This document shows positions 58,975 to 64,000 of a stretch of DNA of 64,000 bases, in pieces. The stretch's first letter is position 1, and every line of letters starts with the position of its first letter. Position numbers and translations under genes: made by a program. The notes beneath the pieces are model-generated. The model saw only the letters and a list, made by a program, of their open reading frames with translations, did not search any database and was not told the DNA's origin. This DNA comes from Nemertoderma westbladi (taxonomy: Eukaryota; Animalia; Xenacoelomorpha): positions 62,001 through 126,000 of the forward strand of contig JAUCBJ010008813.1 in assembly GCA_032718475.1 (NCBI GenBank). Reading direction: 5' to 3'.

Positions 58975-60934
58975 AACTATATTAGCAACCAGTTAACTAT
59001 ATTAGCAACCAGTTAACTATATTAGCAACCAGTTAACTATATTAGCAACCCGTTAAATATATTAGCAACCCGTTAACTATATTAGCAACCAGTTAACTAT
59101 ATTAGCAACTATATTAGCAACCAGTTAACTATATTAGCAACCAGTTAACTATATTAGCAACCAGTTAACTATATTAGCAACCAGTTAACTATATTAGCAA
59201 CCAGTTAACTATATTAGCAACCAGTTAACTATATTAGCAACCCGTTAAATATATTAGCAACCCGTTAACTATATTAGCAACCAGTTAACTATATTAGCAA
59301 CCAGTTAACTATATTAGCAACCCGTTAAATATATTAGCAACCCGTTAACTATATTAGCAACCAGTTAACTATATTAGCAACCAGTTAACTATATTAGCAA
59401 CCCGTTAACTATATTAGCAACCAGTTAACTATATTAGCAACCAGTTAACTATATTAGCAACTATATTAGCAACCAGTTAACTATATTAGCAACTATATTA
59501 GCAACCAGTTAACTATATTAGCAACCAGTTAACTATATTAGCAACCAGTTAACTATATTAGCAACTATATTAGCAACCAGTTAACTATATTAGCAACCAG
59601 TTAACTATATTAGCAACCAGTTAACTATATTAGCAACCAGTTAACTATATTAGCAACCAGTTAACTATATTAGCAACCAGTTAACTATATTAGCAACCCG
59701 TTAAATATATTAGCAACCCGTTAACTATATTAGCAACCAGTTAACTATATTAGCAACCAGTTAACTATATTAGCAACCCGTTAAATATATTAGCAACCCG
59801 TTAACTATATTAGCAACCAGTTAACTATATTAGCAACCAGTTAACTATATTAGCAACCCGTTAACTATATTAGCAACCAGTTAACTATATTAGCAACCAG
59901 TTAACTATATTAGCAACCCGTTAAATATATTAGCAACCCGATAACTATATTAGCAACCAGTTAACTATATTAGCAACCAGTTAACTATATTAGCAACCAG
60001 TTAAATATATTAGCAACCCGTTAACTATATTAGCAACCAGTTAACTATATTAGCAACCAGTTAACTATATTAGCAACCCGTTAAATATATTAGCAACCCG
60101 TTAACTATATTAGCAGCCAGTTAACTATATTAGCAACCAGTTAATTATATTAGCAACCAGTTAACTATATTAGCAACCCGTTAAATATATTAGCAACCAG
60201 TTAACTATATTAGCAACCAGTTAATTATATTAGCAACCAGTTAACTATATTAGCAACCCGTTAAATATATTAGCAACCAGTTAACTATATTAGAAACCAG
60301 TTAACTATATTAGCAACCCGTTAAATATATTAGCAACCCGTTAACTATATTAGCAGCCAGTTAACTATATTAGCAACCAGTTAATTATATTAGCAACCAG
60401 TTAACTATATTAGCAACCCGTTAAATATATTAGCAACCAGTTAACTATATTAGCAACCAGTTAATTATATTAGCAACCAGTTAACTATATTAGCAACCCG
60501 TTAAATATATTAGCAACCAGTTAACTATATTAGAAACCAGTTAACTATATTAGCAACCCGTTAAATATATTAGCAACCAGTTAATTATATTAGCAACCAG
60601 TTAACTATATTAGCAACCCGTTAAATATATTAGCAACCAGTTAACTATATTAGCAACCAGTTAATTATATTAGCAACCAGTTAACTATATTAGCAACCCG
60701 TAAACTATATTAGCAACCCGTTAAATATATTAGCAACCCGTTTAATATATTAGCAACCAGTTAACTATATTAGAAACCAGTTAACTATATTAGCAACCAG
60801 TTAACTATATTAGCAACCCGTTAAATATATTAGCAACCAGTTAACTATATTAGCAACCCGTTAACTATATTAGCAACCAGTTAACTATATTAGCAACCAG
60901 TTATCTATATTAGCAATCAGTTATCTATATTAGC
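58975..60934. repeat. Intronic 20-bp satellite AACTATATTAGCAACCAGTT, left block (about 98 units)
   Basis: Direct reading. Confidence 0.97.
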
Positions 60935-62929
60935 AGGCTCATTCCATGAAAAGGTCAACCTCCCCACTAATTTCGAAAAATGAGATGTAGCTTTGAATTT
61001 ATACTTCTTTTAGGTCAAAAATTTATCGTACTTCCTGAATGCTAAAAATTGTATCAACACAGGTGGTTTCTCAAAAATAGTCTAATTAAAAATTATGCAC
61101 CTGCTCTGCACAAAATGTGAATAAAAGTGTGCAAAAGTCCGTTTCCTGTAGTCACTTCCTATGACCAATAAATTAACATTTCTGAGCATGAACCAAATCA
61201 AAAACAAACCCATTTTCAAATTTCATTTTCAAGTTTCATTCCTCTGTAATGAAATCGATAAAGTTAATCATGTGATGTCCCATAATTTACCTAAAATAGT
61301 GAAATTTTTAGTTTATTCACAGAGATGTAACTCAGCCTAATCACCCAGTGGAATGCAAAGCACGTTTGTGTTGCGTCATCGTATAAAACAATTAGTTTCA
61401 TCTTCACTCCCTCAGAAATATCGTGGCGGCCAATTGAAAATTGTCCCATACTTTACCATTAAAATGGCGATTATATTAGTGCACTGTATTAATGTAATAT
61501 GTGAAGCCATGAGTGATATAATACTCTAAGGTCATAGTCGACCGTAAGAATAGGAGTCTATATTTGAACTGAGAATCATTCCTCAGTCAAGAAATCTTTG
61601 GGTTTATGCATGTAAAGTCCCATACTTTACCAAAAAATAGTGAAATTTTTAATTTATACACAGAGAAGTAGTCTAACTAAGCCCAATCACCCAGTGGAAT
61701 GCAAAGCACGTTTGCGTTGCGTCATCTTAAGAAACAATTACCTGTAGTTTCATAATCTACTCCCTCAGAAACATCATGACGGCCAATTGAAAATTGTCCC
61801 ATACTTTACCATTATAATGGCGATTACATTAGTGCACTGTATTAATGTAATATATGAAACCTGGAGGGCAGGAGTGTTATAATGCTTTAGGGTGATAGTA
61901 GTTTCTGAAGCATAGAAGTATGCATTTGAACAAAGAACCATTCCTCAGTTAACTAATCTTTGAGTTTATGCATGTAAAGTCCCGTACTTTACAACAATTT
62001 TCAAAAATTTTAGTTTTTTAGCAGATAAGAAGATCGGTAAGTACAGTAATTGATACATTTTTAGAAAAATGGAAAGAATTTCTAAACTTTTCACAGAATA
62101 CATGTGTACCAAGTTTGGTTATACAGTATTTCATCAATGATTGGCGGACTTATTTCGGTTTTTATCAAAATTTTGAAACTATCGGTACCAACAGACAGAC
62201 TGTCTGATATGTGACCTTTGATTCCTTAAACTTCAGATTATTTCCAAACTTTTGACAGACTTCATACGTACCAAGTTTGGTTTAATTTCATCTATAAATG
62301 ACCGAGTTATACAGTATTAGCGATCAAAAATTAGACAGATGACAGACAACTCGTCAACGGCACCCGTATGCTAAGACTTCGGGTCAATTTGTGGGTCGCC
62401 CCACATTTTGCATCCATATCTTGGTTGGAAATACTTAGTTGCACTTTATTATCACTATTTATCCAGAAATTACTGTTAGATTTAATTGTAAGAGACCATT
62501 TCGACCATAAAATTCGTCCAGGTCCCGTACTTTACCTAGCAATGTCCCATACTTTACCACACAAACCACGCTGTAAAAAATTAGCAATGTAGCAATTCGT
62601 CTGATATTTATATTTTTATTTTAGCTTAATAATACAGCTCTATCCTAAACATCAACTCAACACCGTACCTGCGCACAATTCGCTAAATTTTAGAATTGAA
62701 ATCATAAAATAAAAAAAACCATTTCGTACGAATCCGTACTTTACCTTAATTGGACAAGCTGGTGTTTTCTCAAAAGTGACTAAGTCCCGCCATAAGCTTC
62801 GCGAAATCAAAGCTGATATTCGAAAGTTCAATCCAAGCACAATTTTGTGCACATATGTGCTGTGGATAACATTGTACAGGCAATCAAAATTGTGTACGAA
62901 TGTCCCGTACTTTAAGCCCTCTTTAGGCT
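60935..62929. mobile_element. ~2-kb insertion splitting the 20-bp satellite, probably a non-autonomous element or composite
   Basis: The same satellite lies on both sides. It contains an internal ~350-bp tandem duplication (~61275-61990), repeated GTCCCRTACTTTAC motifs and a HINE-like segment at 62040-62405. Confidence 0.6.
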
Positions 62930-63859
62930 TCAACCCTTTAAGTATATTATCAACCCGTTAATTATATTAGAAACCAGTTAACTATATTAGCAACCCGTTA
63001 ACTATATTAGCAACCAGTTAACTATAATAGCAACCCTTTAAGTATATTAGCAACCAGTTAACTATAATAGCAACCCTTTAAGTATATTATCAACCCGTTA
63101 ACTATATTAGAAACCAGTTAACTATATTAGAAACCAGTCAACTATATTAGCAACCAGTTAACTATATTAGCAACCAGTTAATACCACCAGTTAACTATAT
63201 TAGCAACCAGTTAACTATTAGCAAACGGTTAACTATATTAGCAACCAGTTAACTATATTAGCAACCAGCTAACTATAATAGCAACCAGTTAACTATATTA
63301 GCAACCAGTTAACTATATTAGAAATCAGTTAACTATATTAGAAACCAGTTAACTATATTAGCAACCAGTTAACTATATTAGCAACTATATTAGAACCAGT
63401 TAACTATATTAGCAACCAGTTCACTATATTAGCAACCCGTTAACTATATTAACAACCCGTTAACTATATTAGCAACCAGTTAACTATATTAGCAACCAGT
63501 TAACTATATTAGCAACCAGTTAACTATATTAGCAACCAGTTAACTCCACCAGTTAACTATATTAGCAACCAGTTAACTATATTAGCAACCGGTTAACTAT
63601 ATTAGCAACCAGTTAACTATATTAGCAACCAGTTAACTATATTAGCAACCAGTTAACTATATTAGCAACCCTTAACTATATTAGCAACCAGTTAACTATA
63701 TTAGCAACCCTTAACTATATTAGCAACCAGTTAACACCACCAGTTAACTATATTAGCAACCAGTTAACTATATTCGCAACCAGTTAACTATATTAGCAAC
63801 CAGTTAACTATATTAGCAACCAGTTAACTATATTAGCAACCCTTAACTATATTAGCAAC
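62930..63859. repeat. Intronic 20-bp satellite, right block, starting 8 nt inside the 5' splice site
   Basis: Minus strand reads ACG|GTGAGTAC followed by GTTGCTAATATAGTTAACTG units. Confidence 0.96.
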
Positions 63860-63867
63860 GTACTCAC

Positions 63868-64000
63868 CGTGGTTGTCGCAAGAAATCAAAGGTTTCGGAA
63901 GATCCGCTACAACCCAGAAACTTTGCTCACTGAGACCGTAGAACCGATCTGGATCGTTTTGTACATGCGGCGATCCAGTGGATCCAATCTGCACGGATCC
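63868..64000 (-). CDS. Upstream exon (partial) of the PALM2-AKAP2/MISP-like gene
   Basis: Open frame GSVQIGSTGSPHVQNDPDRFYGLSEQSFWVVADLPKPLISCDNH ending ACG|GTGAGT. G+AT = Asp joins the 3000-nt exon. Confidence 0.7.

Overview
This is AT-rich eukaryotic DNA, most likely from an invertebrate animal, with spliceosomal GT-AG introns. Most short entries in the ORF track are artefacts of tandem repeats. Six genes could be reconstructed by hand with consistent exon phases. (1) The 3' part of an Enhancer of polycomb (EPC1-like) gene on + (533-21220). (2) A PAN/apple plus F-type (fucose-binding) lectin gene nested antisense in the last EPC intron. (3) An intronless TRIM (RING/B-box/coiled-coil) gene. 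(4) A small spliced gene, absent from the ORF track, for a 76-aa secreted prepropeptide with a KR site, six cysteines and a C-terminal Gly. (5) An intronless type II membrane fibrinogen-related protein. (6) A PALM2-AKAP2/MISP-like gene on - that contains a 3000-nt exon and runs off the right end. The most striking structure is a set of splice-donor arrays. Three introns in two genes on opposite strands are filled with about 8, about 120 and about 130 tandem copies of the gene's own exon 3' end plus its 5' splice site, and a two-copy version is also present. The window also holds several other minisatellites (two built from palindromes), a 5'-truncated CRE-like retrotransposon with a 15-bp TSD, hAT-type elements with 8-bp TSDs, MITE/foldback elements, LINE fragments and tRNA-derived SINE-like heads. 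Copy numbers are estimated from array length divided by unit length. Homology calls are from memory of family motifs, not database searches.
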